Below, piece after piece: positions 26,819-41,561 of a stretch of 64,000 bases of DNA. A program made the position numbers and the translations under genes. The stretch spans positions 65,038,001 to 65,102,000 of the forward strand of contig OX597814.1 in assembly GCA_951406725.2 (NCBI GenBank), read 5' to 3'. This DNA is from Octopus vulgaris (taxonomy: Eukaryota). Within the stretch, counting starts at the first letter, position 1; every line of letters begins with the position of its first letter. The notes beneath the pieces were generated by a model. It was not told where the DNA came from. It saw only the letters and a list, made by a program, of their open reading frames with translations, and searched no databases.

Positions 26819-29800
26819 CAACAAAAGACAAGACGGGTGTGTAAACAACATACAGATGCATTAGTTTAATGCTCGGGAAGTGAGAAAGTCTTTCACGTTT
26901 CGAGCTTACTCTCTTCGACAGAATGGAACACAAAAATGAACCGGGAGAGAAAATAGAAAAAGGTTAAATGGCTAGCAATATATCCTGGCGAATGCCGGAC
27001 AGAGGAGTCACACAAGGGAGCTAGGAAGAAAGGGAGATAATAAAGTAGTGGTGATCCCAAAACGAAGGTGAGCGTCCGTATGTATGTGAGAGAGTGTATG
27101 TGCTTGTGGAATGGGGCTGGTAACATTGACATGTGCGTGCATTCATGTGTGTGGATGATGGTGTAGGTCCTAGGAAGTGGTCATTGCTAGTGTGTGTGCT
27201 GGGAAGTTGTCAGTGCTAGTGTGTGCGCTGGTGTGGGTGCTGGGAAGTGGTCAGTGCTAGTGTGCGCGGATGGTGTGATGTGGTGTGGTGTTGTATGGCG
27301 TTGTGTGGTATGGTGTAGTGTGGTGTGGTGGTGTGAGGAGTGGCGGTGCTGGGGTGTGGAGGATGCGAGATTGGGGAAAGCAAGAGTGGATGGGGTGGTA
27401 GATGTATAGGGATAGTGGGGTTGTAATATGTAGTGGAGGGGCAGCAAGGAAGTGTGACGATGAAAGGAGAGGGTGGAAGGGAGGAGGGTAGGAGTTAAGA
27501 GAGGAAGTAGGTGCAAGAGCAAGATCGGAGAGGTGGATGGGAGGAAGTAGGTGTGAGAGGAAGAGAAGAGAGAGAAGGAGGGTTAGATGAAGTGAGGAGG
27601 AAAGTTGAGCCCATGTGGTGCAAAGGAACGAAGAGAGAAAATTAATCTCTGCTCACGGCGACGACAGGTGGCCGGATGGCCCTTGTGCAAGGACAATCCC
27701 AACGCAAACAGGTGTTATAAAGAGTGACCGGTAGAGCTAAATTGGCGCGAGACCGGTGTCGTTGTCGAGTCTGATGTCTCGGAAGTGATCCGCGAACCGG
27801 TCAGCCAAGGGGCGTCCTGTTTGACCGATGAATCGAGAAGGACAGAAAGAGCAGGAGATGCAATAGATGACGTTGCTAGAAATGCAGGTGAATGAGTCAA
27901 TGATATGGTAGGGTCGATGATAGGTGCCTGTGAGGAGGGTGGTGGTGGAGAGGTAAGAGCAAGTACGACAACGTGGGCGGGAGCAGAGGATCGAACAGGG
28001 TTGAGAGGTTAGGATAGGGAAGAAGCTGAGGACCAAGAGGTCTCGTATGTTGTGGGATCGTTTGAAGGAGAGGTGTCGTTTAGGGAAGATGTGCGATGTG
28101 GAGAGATAGGATTGGAATCGATGGAAGGCTCGGAAAATGGTGCGTTAGAGAGGTAGGGTGGTGGGGTAGTAGGTGAGGAGAAATGGGAGAGGTATGATGG
28201 CGAGGCGGTTGCGGGAGTAGAGAGCAGATGCACGATCCACGGAAGTGCTCTGGCAAGGGAGTTGTGTAGATAGTGGTGATGGGATATCCACGTAGGATGA
28301 AGTGGCGAGCCATGAGTTGAGACTGAGTCTCAAAGTCATGTTTGTTACTGCAGAGCCTACGTAGACGGAGGAATTGGGAATAGGGGATGGAGAGCTTAGT
28401 GTCTTTATGGTGGGAGAAGGACAAGTTGAGGTATGAGTGTGAGTCTGTGTGTTTGTAATGGATGGAGGTGGTGAGAATGGAGTGATGAATGCTGACCGAA
28501 ATGTCGAGAAAGGCGACTAAAATGTCAGAAATAGTGCAGGAGAAGTGGAGGGCAGGATGGAAAGATTTTGAAAGTGAGAGGAAAGAGTCTAGATATTCGC
28601 GGGAGAATGAGGTCGCACTGATACAGTCGTCAATATAACGGCCATATAGTACAGGAGTGGGACCAGTGAAACTTGAGAATATTTGGGCCTCAACGTAGCC
28701 AACGAAAAGGATAGCATATTTGGGGCTTATTCTCGTCCCCATGGCCACTATGGAGAAATGTTGGTAAAAATCACCCGTAAACTAGAAGCAGTTAATTGAG
28801 AGGACAAGTTCGGCCAGACGAAGGAGTGTGGATGTGTCAGGTTGGGTGTTGAGTCGGAGGTCAAGTAAATGTTGGATTGCACGCAGCCCCTCTTGGTGAT
28901 GAATCACCGTGTGTAGAATCTTTAAGTCAAGAGTGAAAAGACGTTTAGAGGGCCCAGGAGAGAAGGATAAAGAGTTGAACAAACGAAGAGCATGATTGGT
29001 GTCATGGATGTGAGAGGGGAGAGAAGCCACCAGGGGGCAAGGACACGGTCAAGTTATCTGGAGATGAGTTCGGTGGGGCAGTTGCAGGTGGAGACGCTGA
29101 GGCGATCAGGGTTGTTAGGTTTGTGGATTTTGAGGAAGTAAATTGTGGGTTTGCGAGGGGTGCAGACAATGAGGTTAGAGGCGGTGGGGGAGGCCGGAGA
29201 AAGATATGAGGTCATGGATAGTGTAGGACACAGTCTGTTAGTAGATAGCCGTGGGGTTGGAAGGCAGAGGGCAGTAGAAGGAGGTGTCTTGAAGTTGGCA
29301 GAGATATTCGGCTTTGTATTCCCTATCCGCACGCCACACTACCACGGCTCCACCCTTGCCGGCAGGTTTAATGATGATGTCTGAAAGGCTGAGAGTTCGG
29401 CTGGGGAGATGTTAAGATGTTGGAGTCGCTTGGAAAAGTCAAAACAGTCCTCATCACGCTGGCTGGCGCCCGCAGAAAGGTGGCCTACTTGGAACTGGCC
29501 AGGAACTGGCGTCCACTGGGATGGTCGGCGGTCAAGGTCAGTGAAGTAGTCCTCCTCCTTAGATGTCGCGGAAAAGCGCACACAACCTGACGCGGCGCAC
29601 AAAGTAGTGGATATCGGCATGAGTCCGAAATTCATTGCTGGACGGAGTGAAGGGCATGAAGCTCAGACCCCCACCGAGGAGGGAGCGCTCCACCTCATAG
29701 AGGGAAAGATCTGGAGGAATGGTAACATCAGACTGAAGTGGAGAAGGGGTTGATGGGACAGAGGTAGGAGGAGTGGTGGGTGGAAGGCTGGGAGGGAGGG

Positions 29801-30482
29801 GATGAGAGGTATGTGCGTTTGGGTTTGGGACGGGGTTTGGTGAGAGTGAGGAGAGCGTATCTTGGATGAAGAGGTGTAGGAGAGGAGTTGGGGTAGTGGC
29901 ATCGGGTGTGATGAAATGGAGGAATAAGTGGAGTTTACGTTGTTTGGTGTGAGCGAGAAATTGATGAAAGAGATGATTTAAATTATTTATGTAACGTAGT
30001 GTTAGCATAGGAGGGCGACTGAGAGGAGAAGAAGACAGAAAAAGCAAGAGAGAGAAGACGGTCGACGGTGTGTTTTTTGAAGAGATTAGAACGAATGATG
30101 GCGCGCATAAGGCGGTCGGATGTAGTACGGATTATGGGTAGGATGGTTGAAGCAGAGTGGAGAGTGGTGTGGAAATGGAAGCGAAAGCCTTTAGGGATGA
30201 GGTGGTGATAAAGGTAGCGACTGAGAAAGAGGAACGGTGGCAGAAGAGTGTCTTTTTTTATAATTACTAGGGAAAGGATAATAGAAGTTTGAAAGCAGCG
30301 AAAAGGAAGTGTGGAAAGGTGCTTTTATTTTAGCTGATGATGAAGGTGGAGGATGAAAGGTTTGTAATCGGGCATGATTCAAAAACGAGAAGAAAAGAGA
30401 GATAAAGGAGAAAAAAAGAAAAACAGGAGGAGAGAGAAAGGCAAATAAAGAAGTGAGGAGGAAAAATTCAAATTGTGTGGGG
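26819..30482 (-). mobile_element. Penelope-like retroelement, near full length, multiple frameshifts and stops
   Basis: RT motifs KIHKPNNPDR, FTLD, AMGT.ISP.YA, RYIDD, IPYSQFLRLRRLCS; GIY-YIG NVIYCISC..C...IGQTGR; C-terminus EQRLIFSLRSFAPHGLN; 3' pLTR with HHR; both ends in (TA)n. Confidence 0.93.
26889..26924 (-). ncRNA. decayed hammerhead motif in PLE 3' pLTR (U6 core, GUG site)
   Basis: uu-CUGUCGA-a-GAG-aguaag-CUC-GAAAC-GUG-aaag. Confidence 0.55.
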
Positions 30483-30576
30483 ATATATATATATATACAC
30501 ACACACAGATATAGATATACATACATAAATACATACATACATACACACACACACTCATATATATGTATATATATAT

Positions 30577-31637
30577 TGTTACGAACCTGCCGTCGCTCAA
30601 CTCGAACTCGGGACCATAAGTCGGGCGACGACGACGACCACACTCAGTCAAACGGAATCTGCCACAGAAAACGGTGCTGGAGATGGCAGCGAACGCAGAC
30701 CGGTGACCGGAGATAACAACAACAACAGGAGGAGAGAAAGACACAACGGAAGGCAGTTGCTTACATTTAACAACAGTTTATACAATTGTTACGACATCAA
30801 TCGAAACGTAATACATGTCAGATACATTAAAGAAAATACAGAGTTAAAAAGAAAAACAACAGTCAATGCATGCACAATACGCAACGTCCGAAGACAATCC
30901 ACATTAATGTTCAACACAATACAGAGTTCGAAAACAGTCCACATTAAAGTCTTCCTTTTTCTCTTCAACAATTCCTTTTTTTAACAACAGATTACAGTTT
31001 ACGTCACAATGTTCTTTTCCCTTCTTTTTCTTTTTTTTCCACAGTCCCCCCTTTTTTGATACAATTCTTTTTTCCTTTTTGTCAGTCTTTCTGTTTTTTT
31101 TACACAACTCACAAGTTCTTTACTCTTTTCTTTTAACGCACATCAACATCCAAAATTCGACAACAAAAACATAAACATTACCGCACGTTCCGAGTCTGCA
31201 ACAACCTCAGCTCCCACTACAAATAGCCATGCCTTCTCGCCGTAATCTCCCTCACTTCCTCTCTATTGACATGTCCTCAATCCCCTGTGTCTGTCTCTCT
31301 CCAGACCACGCTTGTCATCCTTGTCGTTGCCTCTCGCTTGACATCTCTCACATTCACTGTCTGTCTCTGGCCAAACTGCCAAACAGCCCTGTTGCCAACT
31401 GACTGTCTCAGGCAAAAACTGACCCCAAACCCCAATGCCAGCTGCATTTATAAAGGGTAGCATTTTTATTTCTTTGTTAAACTTTCCCTGACCGTAGGGA
31501 CCAAAATGTCACTTCCTAACTCATTAATTTTCTCTACAGATGACAGGACAAAGCCAAATAACCTGTCTCCCCAGTCCATCTGGCACCAAACCACGAAACT
31601 GGGTAACATCACTTTTTCTCCGACTGACCTCGTATCA
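30577..31637. mobile_element. probable solo LTR inserted in (TA)n
   Basis: TG...CA ends with imperfect 8-bp inverted termini tgttacga / tcgtatca; 1061 bp, non-coding; TATA-like tttataaa near 31447. Confidence 0.65.
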
Positions 31638-31659
31638 ATATATATATATATATATATAT

Positions 31660-31801
31660 GTAGTTAAATCAAACATGAAAACACAAAGAGAAACCACAAC
31701 AACGCGAGGACGTGAAACAAGTATAGTATTATTGGACGCTCAGGAAAGAAGGGAAGACGGAGGAAAAAATTGCCAACGGTACACACGCGGTCACATTTTG
31801 A

Positions 31802-31804
<3 letters not shown>
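31660..31804 (-). mobile_element. pLTR copy lacking the HHR segment
   Basis: Matches 1708-1894 except for a 65-bp deletion between ccttcttt repeats. Confidence 0.75.
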
Positions 31805-31848
<44 letters not shown>

Positions 31849-31874
31849 CATACATATACATACATATATACATA

Positions 31875-31924
<50 letters not shown>

Positions 31925-32104
31925 TTGATGTACAACAAATATAGTTATGAGCCCCACTAATAATTTTATACGTTGGAGATATTGTCTATGGAACATCTTA
32001 GGCAACGTTGTTCTACACGCGGAACCCAATTTGAAAAAATCACTCTAATCGACTTGAGACTGGTCTGTATATATATATATACACACACAAAATATAGGTA
32101 CAAG

Positions 32105-32250
32105 CCACTAATACTTTCATACATTGGAGATCATGTCTAGGCAGGTTTTGATAATACACTTAGTATTTCCCAGCAATCTGCAATGCTCAAAGCACATGGC
32201 CTCTACAAGTATATGCAACATCTCCAATGTATGAAACTATTTGTAGTTCA
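32105..32250. repeat. imperfect inverted repeat, with a related direct copy at about 31954-31992
   Basis: actaatactttcatacattggagat / atctccaatgtatgaaactatttgt. Confidence 0.55.
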
Positions 32251-32639
32251 TAAATATACATTGCAAACATTAAATAGTACTCACAGGATGGAGTACGTAC
32301 GTGTAAATGTATGTATTGATAAATGTGTATGTATATATACATATGAAGAGACTGATAGATGAATAAATATATATATCTATGTGCATATATATATATATAT
32401 TAATATTTTATATATATATATATACAGATATGTATGTGTGTATATATATATGTATGTATGTCTATATGCGTGTGTACTATATGTGTATGTGTGTGTAAGA
32501 GTGTGTTTGCCTGTGTGCATGTTAGTTTCACATGTTTGAGATGTTTCAGTATCCTTATCTACATATATGCATGCATACCAGTATTCCAAATCCACAGCTG
32601 AGTGTTTTTGTACAGCACTGCCAATTTCTTAATAACGTA

Positions 32640-33650
32640 GCAGGGGTCCTAAGTGATTACGTTGTATAATTTGATGCAACGATATTTTCTTAAAAATCCG
32701 AAACGAGCTGATATTCTATCACACATACAACAAAGTATATTTACTAACTTTAACGTCCACCTTGGAGAATATAGTCAAATATATTACATACTTATACAAA
32801 CTGTAAAGAAACATGTTAGGTCTACCACATTTTTTTACTGACGGCTTCAGTGTTGTTATCGAGTGTACTTGGACTTGTGTTAGGAGACTTTTCATAGATT
32901 TGGGTTGTCTTTTGCTCTTTCTGGTGGTGTGCGTTTGGAGGATTAAATTCATTCTGTGGTCCTTTTTTAGTAGGGGAATGTATGGAGGATGATGTCGAAG
33001 GCTTCATTGTTAAGAGGGTTGTGTGTGGTGATGAATAGCAGGGCTTTTGGTTGTAAATCCTTCTTTAGTTTGGGATGTCTGAGTTCGTGTATGCTGAGTT
33101 GTAGGGCATGTTGAAAGCTCATATCAATTAATGATGGTGGGATGAGGGGACCATTCGCACACCCATCGCAGTCCCAGATTAATGTCGATAGAAGTTGTCT
33201 TTGAAGACAACGAAGTTATTCTCCAAGATGAATTTTAATCCTTCTATTACGAATTCATTTTTGATGCGATATAGGAGTTCACTGGAGTAATTCCCTAGCC
33301 AGAATTGAATTGCCTCTATTCCTAGGTTGTGAGGGATATTAGAATAGCGGCTTGCTACATCAAAGGATACTAGTAGGTGTATTTGTTTATTGTTTCAGGG
33401 AGGAGATTGAGCATATCTAGGTCGTCCCTTTTGTAGCTTTTGATATGCTTCAGGAATGGTTTAAAGAGGATATCTAAAATGTTGTGGCTATCCTGCATGC
33501 ATTACTTAATTTCTCACTTTTGTGTATCTTAGGAAGGAATACTGCGGAATTCACTGGATTTACTTTTGAAGTTAGTCATATATGCGTATTCCTTGTCAGT
33601 GAGCCCTTCTAATATAAGTTTAACGTAGTTTTTAGGTTTCTCATTATGTA
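32640..33650 (-). mobile_element. Penelope-like RT/thumb relic (second family)
   Basis: ILDILFKPFLKHIKSY.RDDLD, LVSFDV..YSNIPHNLG, FILENN, TTHNP.N, SKRQPKS, VKKCGRPN. Confidence 0.8.
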
Positions 33651-33665
33651 GTGTTGGACGTTTAT

Positions 33666-33850
<185 letters not shown>

Positions 33851-34195
33851 TGCATGTTTATATCGGTGCGTCTGTACTCACACACTTACTTACTAAAACA
33901 CCACACACATACATACATACACAAGTACGTAACTAGTAATTCATATGTAGTTCCAACCAGAGATTCTTATGGAAATATCATACAAAAGACACCTGTATTT
34001 ACCTTTCTCTCTCAGCTGAATAGTGAAATATTTTAGACCACCCAACTTTTTGTTTTCTTATACACTCAGTCGTAAGATCGTCGCAACATCAGTATAAAAT
34101 GACTAGCTGATCCAGTTTCATGGCATCCACGGTATCAGCGTCTAGGCTGGGGAAGTATATACACAATTCACTAACGTATATCTATGTTTCCTTCC

Positions 34196-34249
<54 letters not shown>

Positions 34250-34387
34250 CTCTTTCTTTCTTTCTTTCTTTTCTTCCTTCTTACTTTCTGTCTTTCTTTC
34301 TTTCTTTTTTCTTTCTTTCTCTCTCTTGCTCTCTCCTTTTCTATCCCTCCCTATCTCTGTCTCACTCTTCCTCTCCCCCCCTCTCTC

Positions 34388-34432
<45 letters not shown>
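34196..34432. repeat. (CTTT)n and (TA)n microsatellites
   Basis: Direct reading. Confidence 0.95.
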
Positions 34433-34435
<3 letters not shown>

Positions 34436-34454
34436 CGTCACCGTCACCGTCCAG

Positions 34455-34548
34455 TCTATCAGATGTTGCTACACATCGCTGGTCACAATGCGCTCCGCAT
34501 TGTTTTAGCCTGTAAATGATGCCACTCCGCTGGCTAAGCGAGCAGGCC
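34455..34548 (-). mobile_element. SINE family C, 3' part
   Basis: Reverse complement of 35235-35325. Confidence 0.8.
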
Positions 34549-34565
34549 GATATATATATATATAT

Positions 34566-35047
<482 letters not shown>

Positions 35048-35344
35048 GGCGGCGCAATGGTCCACTGGTTAGGGCAGCGGACTCGCGGTCGTAGGATCGC
35101 GGTTTCGATTCCCAGACCGGGCGTTGTGAGTGTTTATTGAACAAAAACACCTAAAAGCTCCACGAGGCTCCGGCAGGGGGTGGTGATCCCTGCTATACTC
35201 TTTCACCACCCTTTCTCCTACTATTTCTTCTGTTGGCCTGCTCGCTTAGCCAGCGGGGTGGCCTCATTCGGAGGCGAAAACAATGCGAACGCATTGTGAC
35301 CAGCTATGTGTAACAACATCTGATGGTCTGGTCGGTCACGTGAT

Positions 35345-35352
<8 letters not shown>
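35048..35352 (+). mobile_element. tRNA-derived SINE family C, full length, between (TA)n tracts
   Basis: A-box tggtccactggttagg; B-box ggtttcgattccc. Confidence 0.85.
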
Positions 35353-35417
<65 letters not shown>

Positions 35418-36139
35418 TGCTCTTGTTTCATTAATTGAGTATGACTTCTCAGCACCACCACTGACAGAGTACATTCACGTAGGCACCAAACTACCTAGTA
35501 ACTAATAGCACACAAACTCGCTTGTAATATAGAGCTGGATATTTACAGCTTAATATTACCAGAAGATGGTCAGAGATGGTTTACATTTTACGTGACCGAA
35601 AACCACACCTTAATCTAGCAAGGGACAAGTTTTTCCACACAGGTGATATGAAAATGCTTGATTTTGTAGTAAAGACTGCAAGAAATTGCAGCATTTCATG
35701 TGCATTGTCAACCCAGATCTGCTTATGCAGATCTTACTACAAAAACTACAAGGTAGTTCATAAGAGTGTGCAGTTTAGGAGAGAAGGATCATCGGCCAAA
35801 AGCAAACCCTTTCATGTCGCTTTATTTTCTTTATCAGTGCATTTTTTCTACTAATCGTCTTCAAACAGGGTAGCATCACCTCGGAATTTCTTCTCCATTT
35901 TGGTCGACCCATTATATCACTCTCCCAGTTTGCATGCATCATTTTGAAACTCTTTAGAGGGCTAAACGGAATTATAGTTAACATTTAGGTTTCTTTTCTC
36001 CTTTTATCTTATCATATAATAGTTGACTGAGCATGCGTTGATCAGATTCCTAAGGGAAATATATGGCGGTGAATTTCTGTTTCAATGCCATCCACACTAT
36101 CACACTAAGCTCAACAGTTCAGCTCATGGGCTTTCTCGA

Positions 36140-37600
36140 TGGCTTTTTAATCATCACAGGTTAGCGGTCCCAGTGGCGTCACCGTGTGTAAAGCCAACTA
36201 GATACACCAGTGCTCACCATTGCTGGTAGTACCGTCACAGCGCCTCTGCATCGGCCAAGGTTACGTCGAGCCTTTGGAATCTTTATTAATCAATTCAACC
36301 CATTTGGTGCGGGGCCATTCACAGGGTCTGTCACGGGACTTAATTCAGCCGGTAGCTGCTGCTTCAAACTAGATTAAGGACTGGTAGGATGATATGGCGG
36401 GAGACGGAGGTCATGTCCGTTGAGTATATGCGGTGGATAGCTATGAGCTGGGAGGCTACGGGACAATGGGCACGCACGATCGGCTCTTCATTCGAAATGT
36501 GATAGTACCATCTTATGTTCCCGATGGTCATCCAGATTATGCTATCGAAGCCGTTGATCCTCTTTGCCAAGATGTTGGTGAAGGGTTATGTCTTCGCTCC
36601 ATAGAGGAGAACGGAGAGGACCGACACGTTGTAGAATCGGAGCTTTGTTTTCCGGTAGAAAGAGCAGTGGGACCAAAGGGGCTTCCTTAAGGAATGCATG
36701 ACTCCAGCGGCCAGATCACGTCTGCAGTTATCAAATGGGTCAGGTTTCCATTGTTGGTAGCCATGGACCCCATACAGATGAAAGAACTGACAAACTCCTC
36801 GGCATCGGGGAGAGGTGGGCTACGGGCATGTCGACATGCAACAGCTTTGTCTTCGCCCAACTCATCTGGAGGCCAAACCTTGTTGATTCCACTCATTATA
36901 TGGTCATTGCGTCTCTGAACTGATTAATCGAGGTGCTGAATAGGGTGATATCCTGGTCGGTAAAGTGATAATTCCAAGAGTTAATGACAGAAATTCGACC
37001 ATAGACTTTAGTCATCAGATAATCAATGGCACTCTTGAAGAGATTGGGGATAGATAAGCAACCCTGCAGCTCTCAGCATTACTACAGAACCGCTGGAACA
37101 GGGCGGCGACCATGCGAGGCGCATCGGCGAGCTTGAGAAATTTCCAGAGGAATGTGTGAGGGACCATGTCGAATGCCGCCTTATGTCGACGAAGACGATG
37201 TAGGAGCAGTGACCTTTACAGAACTCCCGAGATCTTTCATGAATGAGCCGAAAGTCAAAAATATGGTCGGTGGAGAACGATTTGGCATGAATCCGTTTTG
37301 TTGTGGGTGGTGTGTAATGACAGGAAACAGAAAATGTGTTGATAAGGTTACTATAAAATATAGAAAAAAAAATAGGTGGCTGTTTTGACTAAACAATACG
37401 CAGAAGAGATATAGACAACGGAAATTTCTCGAGGAGTATGAATGTTCTTTGCCTAGACAAATAAGGAATACCAGGATGAAACAAGTATTCGACAGGAATA
37501 GCTGAACAATGCCGCGGGCGAGTGTGAATACAAATAACGTTGAGTTTAAAGGAAATAGCCGAATGCACGATCATTATTCTTTATAGGGAGATATGGCAGG
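36140..37600 (-). mobile_element. RTE-clade LINE, RT and 3' part, decayed
   Basis: QQNGFMPNRS, YIVFVD..AAFDMV, GCLSIPNLF, GLQMSWAKTK, VLLYGAKT, IRWYYHISNEE. Confidence 0.85.
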
Positions 37601-38979
37601 TAGGTAGAATAATAGAAATGGGAATTCACCTTTACCAGGGACAGCGTGACACAAAATTGAAGCTCCAAGAGCAGGGAGGCCGCACTGCAATCTGGAACAG
37701 AATGTGAGATTGTATTAGACTAAGTGGAAGCAGTGGAAGCAGAGTAAGAGATAGAAAATACAGAGATAAATACAAATAAAGAGATAACTACAAGGGCCGG
37801 GAAAGATGGAGAGGGGAAAAGGAGAGAGGGATAGGTGGAGTAAATAGTGAGAAGGTCTCAGTGAGTTCATTAAAATTAATTTCTGATATACATGAAAACT
37901 GTACAGTCGTGATCAAATATGAAGAAAATAAACACAGAAGACAACACAAGACTATCCTTGGTGTTTGTCAGTTTAAATTCTTACCTACCACTATCACCAC
38001 GCCCACCAACACTAAGGAGACCCTAATCCTTACTAACAAGAATAGTAACAATATCACTACGCAACATATGTCGCTCCTTCCGTTTTTGTGATAATGCGGT
38101 AATAATGATCACTTTCGATATTACATTAGATTCAGACATAACCACCGTTAATAACACAAATACCATCAAAACTACCATCATTATGAGCCATCAAGAGAGC
38201 TCAACTTACGAGAAATATTAGTCGTATCTGTCTTAAATCATATTCCAACGTGTAAGAGCATAGCAAAGGCGTATACTGTAGCACATCTTAGTTTAATAAA
38301 ATGCAAGGTCATAGCTGGAATTCACATAAATGTGATCGATCAAGATTGACCAGGAACTAAAGAACAGCTGTTTCTGTGAGGAACCATATCAGTACTAACG
38401 CCATGTGACAATTAAATCTGTTATAAACGGCACTAACACTTACGAATATCAATTCAATCGTCGAGTGGCATTAATTACCGCTATTACTAACAGGGCGGGT
38501 ACTTCTATCAGATCGTTGGATTGGTTAAAGTAGCTGCACAATCACCTTCAAATCATAATCTAACTTCTTAAATTTATAAAGTGGAGAACGTTGTGTCCTG
38601 TATACAAAAATGACGATATGTTTACGGCTCGATTATATTTGGCCTGGGGTTAAATAACAAGCAGCAGTGGATCTATACAGGTATCTGCACAACTTCAGCT
38701 TGACATAAACTATCTCGAAACCTAACTCCGAACAGACTAAATGTAGCATCTGCTATCTCCCTTCTTATCAGCTGTACCAAAGAATATCAAATACGACTAG
38801 CTACTACACTCAACAATATAAAAAAACCACGCACACACACACTAGGAAAAATGCCAACGGTTACATCAACCCTACGACATTCACACCTTACTGAGAAAAC
38901 TTTTTGAAAGAAAGTAAAATGAAATCGAAATCCACTAAAAGTATAATCAATAAACTATCCAGTATAAAGAAACAACAGC

Positions 38980-39550
38980 GATAAATATATAATGTTTACT
39001 TTTAATGCGTCATGGATACTCAATTTACACAAATCAAAACCCCCAAACTCCAAATACCGTTTCCTTTGTCACAGCTCCAAATATTAATTAGATATCCAAT
39101 TTGAGAGATGCCGTGCCAGATTTATGGTTGTTTTAACCTGCTACCTGACTGTAGAAATGGTTACATATTGCACTTCCGTCTGTATCTTTTGGGAAGTCTG
39201 GCATGTTGGTCATACACAGGATTCACGTAACTCAACCGAAACAGGTCATCTGCTCTTCTGTTGCGGTAAGGTCTCACTTCTTTCTGGTTAGACAATAGTA
39301 ACAGTACAGTAGCTAAATGTGGTCCTCAACAAGTTCTCACTGCTCCTTCATTTATCTTTCCAGGTCGTTTAAATTTGAAGCTTTCGTTCACGATTATTTT
39401 TATAGAAGAATGTTTTCGTAATATTAAATTTAAAGAAGTGGGGGAGCTGCATTTTTTATTCGTTTCAGTTTTTATATTTCTGATCTAATGTTACCGATTT
39501 GGAGTTTCTTTCTATGAAATTGAGGGAAATCATTCGTATTCGTCGCCATG
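38980..39550 (-). mobile_element. Tc1/mariner-like transposase relic
   Basis: SKSVTLDQKY, RPGKINE, VRPYR peptides with many stops. Confidence 0.45.
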
Positions 39551-40167
39551 TGGTATCTAAAGAGGTGCAGTGATCTTGCACAAACACCAATGTCGATAAA
39601 ACTTATACAAATAAATACAACGGAGAGATTAGCACTAAAATCTTACTCAAATCATTGCCTACCTAAAATGAAGGACACATTAATTCATGTAATACTTGAT
39701 ATAAAACAAAGTGGGATTGCCACAGGTAGAACCCATTAACCACTTCGATTATACTTTACCTGTAGCGTTTTTAAATAAAGTAACATTGAATAGTGAAATT
39801 TTACATTATCCTTAACAGACAAGATGGTCATGACTGGAATGATTTTTACCGAATGTCGCTTAGGATTAGGCAAAATAGCAACAACAGTAAATAACCCCAT
39901 CGCTATCACAGCCACGAGAACCACACCAACAGCATCAAGCTGTTTACTTTATTTACTAGATTTAGCAGCCAAATATCCAACCAGCTCACTCTGCTCCTTT
40001 CAGCATAAAGTAACATTCATTCCATAATACACTGGGTCTGAGAAAAATATTAAAATTTAAAAAAGCAACAAGATTAACAGTTCTGGAATAACTTTTATGT
40101 TAGGTCTACTGAACGAGGATCAACCTGAGATAGACAGTAAAAGTACTATATCTACTATTGCAGCTAC

Positions 40168-40168
40168 T

Positions 40169-40248
<80 letters not shown>

Positions 40249-40262
40249 CAGCAATTACAACA
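40168..40262. repeat. (CAT)n(CAG)n(CAA)n triplet repeat
   Basis: Direct reading; no exon context seen. Confidence 0.95.
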
Positions 40263-40636
40263 ACATCCCAACACCTTACGTACAACTGCTGCCCATCACT
40301 ACCACAACAATCACCTCTACTTTCACTTTTTCCTGTTTGTCTCCTTTCTTTTATCTAGTATTCATCCGGCCAACCTCTCTTTCAGTTCGTTTACATCCTC
40401 TTGGGGTGAGATGAAATTGAAGAGGGCGTTGACTTGTTGCAATTGTACTGAATACAAGCTTCGAAACACTCATTATTTCTGCATAAGAGCCAAAGGTAAC
40501 GATCGATCTTACCTCTACAACAAACACCTGATATTATTGATCTAATCATATCGCTAATTAGGCCTATTTTTGAGCAGAAAGTGAATTCAATTCTATTATT
40601 ATCATAGTGATCAACGTTACCGTCGTCATAAGAAAG

Positions 40637-40930
<294 letters not shown>

Positions 40931-41494
40931 CAACATCATGATCGTCACTGTGAGACGAGTCTTCTTATCAAAGGAGGCGCATGTTATGTTGTTACGTTTA
41001 TTTATCGCTTAATAAGGAAATTAAAAAAAGGATTTTTACGAAGACAAGACAACATATCTTAGCTTTATTTGAACACGTAACAATATGAGTACCGACATGA
41101 AAAACAATTGTATGTATGTATGTATGTATGTATGTATGTATGTATGTATGTATGTATGTATGTATGTATAAGAGATATTAGAATGGAATTACAATGCTAT
41201 TGATACCTTTGCAAGAAGATACACAGATTAGATGAGGAGGAGAAAACAGATGAGGGAAAGGAGGAGTGCGTGCATTTTTGTACGTGTACGCTTATATTTG
41301 TGGCAAACAGATCATGAAAAAAGAGAGAAAACGTCTAAAATATCTATGTTTTGAAACTTCATCTCTGTTTTTCTCCTTTTTATCTTCTACAATCTTTCTT
41401 AATCTTTTCCGAACTGTGTGTGTGTACATGTGTGTGTGATTATTATTGTTTATACATGGTTCAAATATATATGAATCCCAATATGTTATTCCTA

Positions 41495-41561
<67 letters not shown>

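Noticed and set aside
35048-35122. tRNA gene
   Set aside because: tRNA-like head continues into a SINE body; no convincing acceptor stem or terminator
35420-35960. RTE relics (AYAD-like; WESDIMGRPKWRR)
   Set aside because: Fragments are too short and in mixed orientation, so no feature could be delimited
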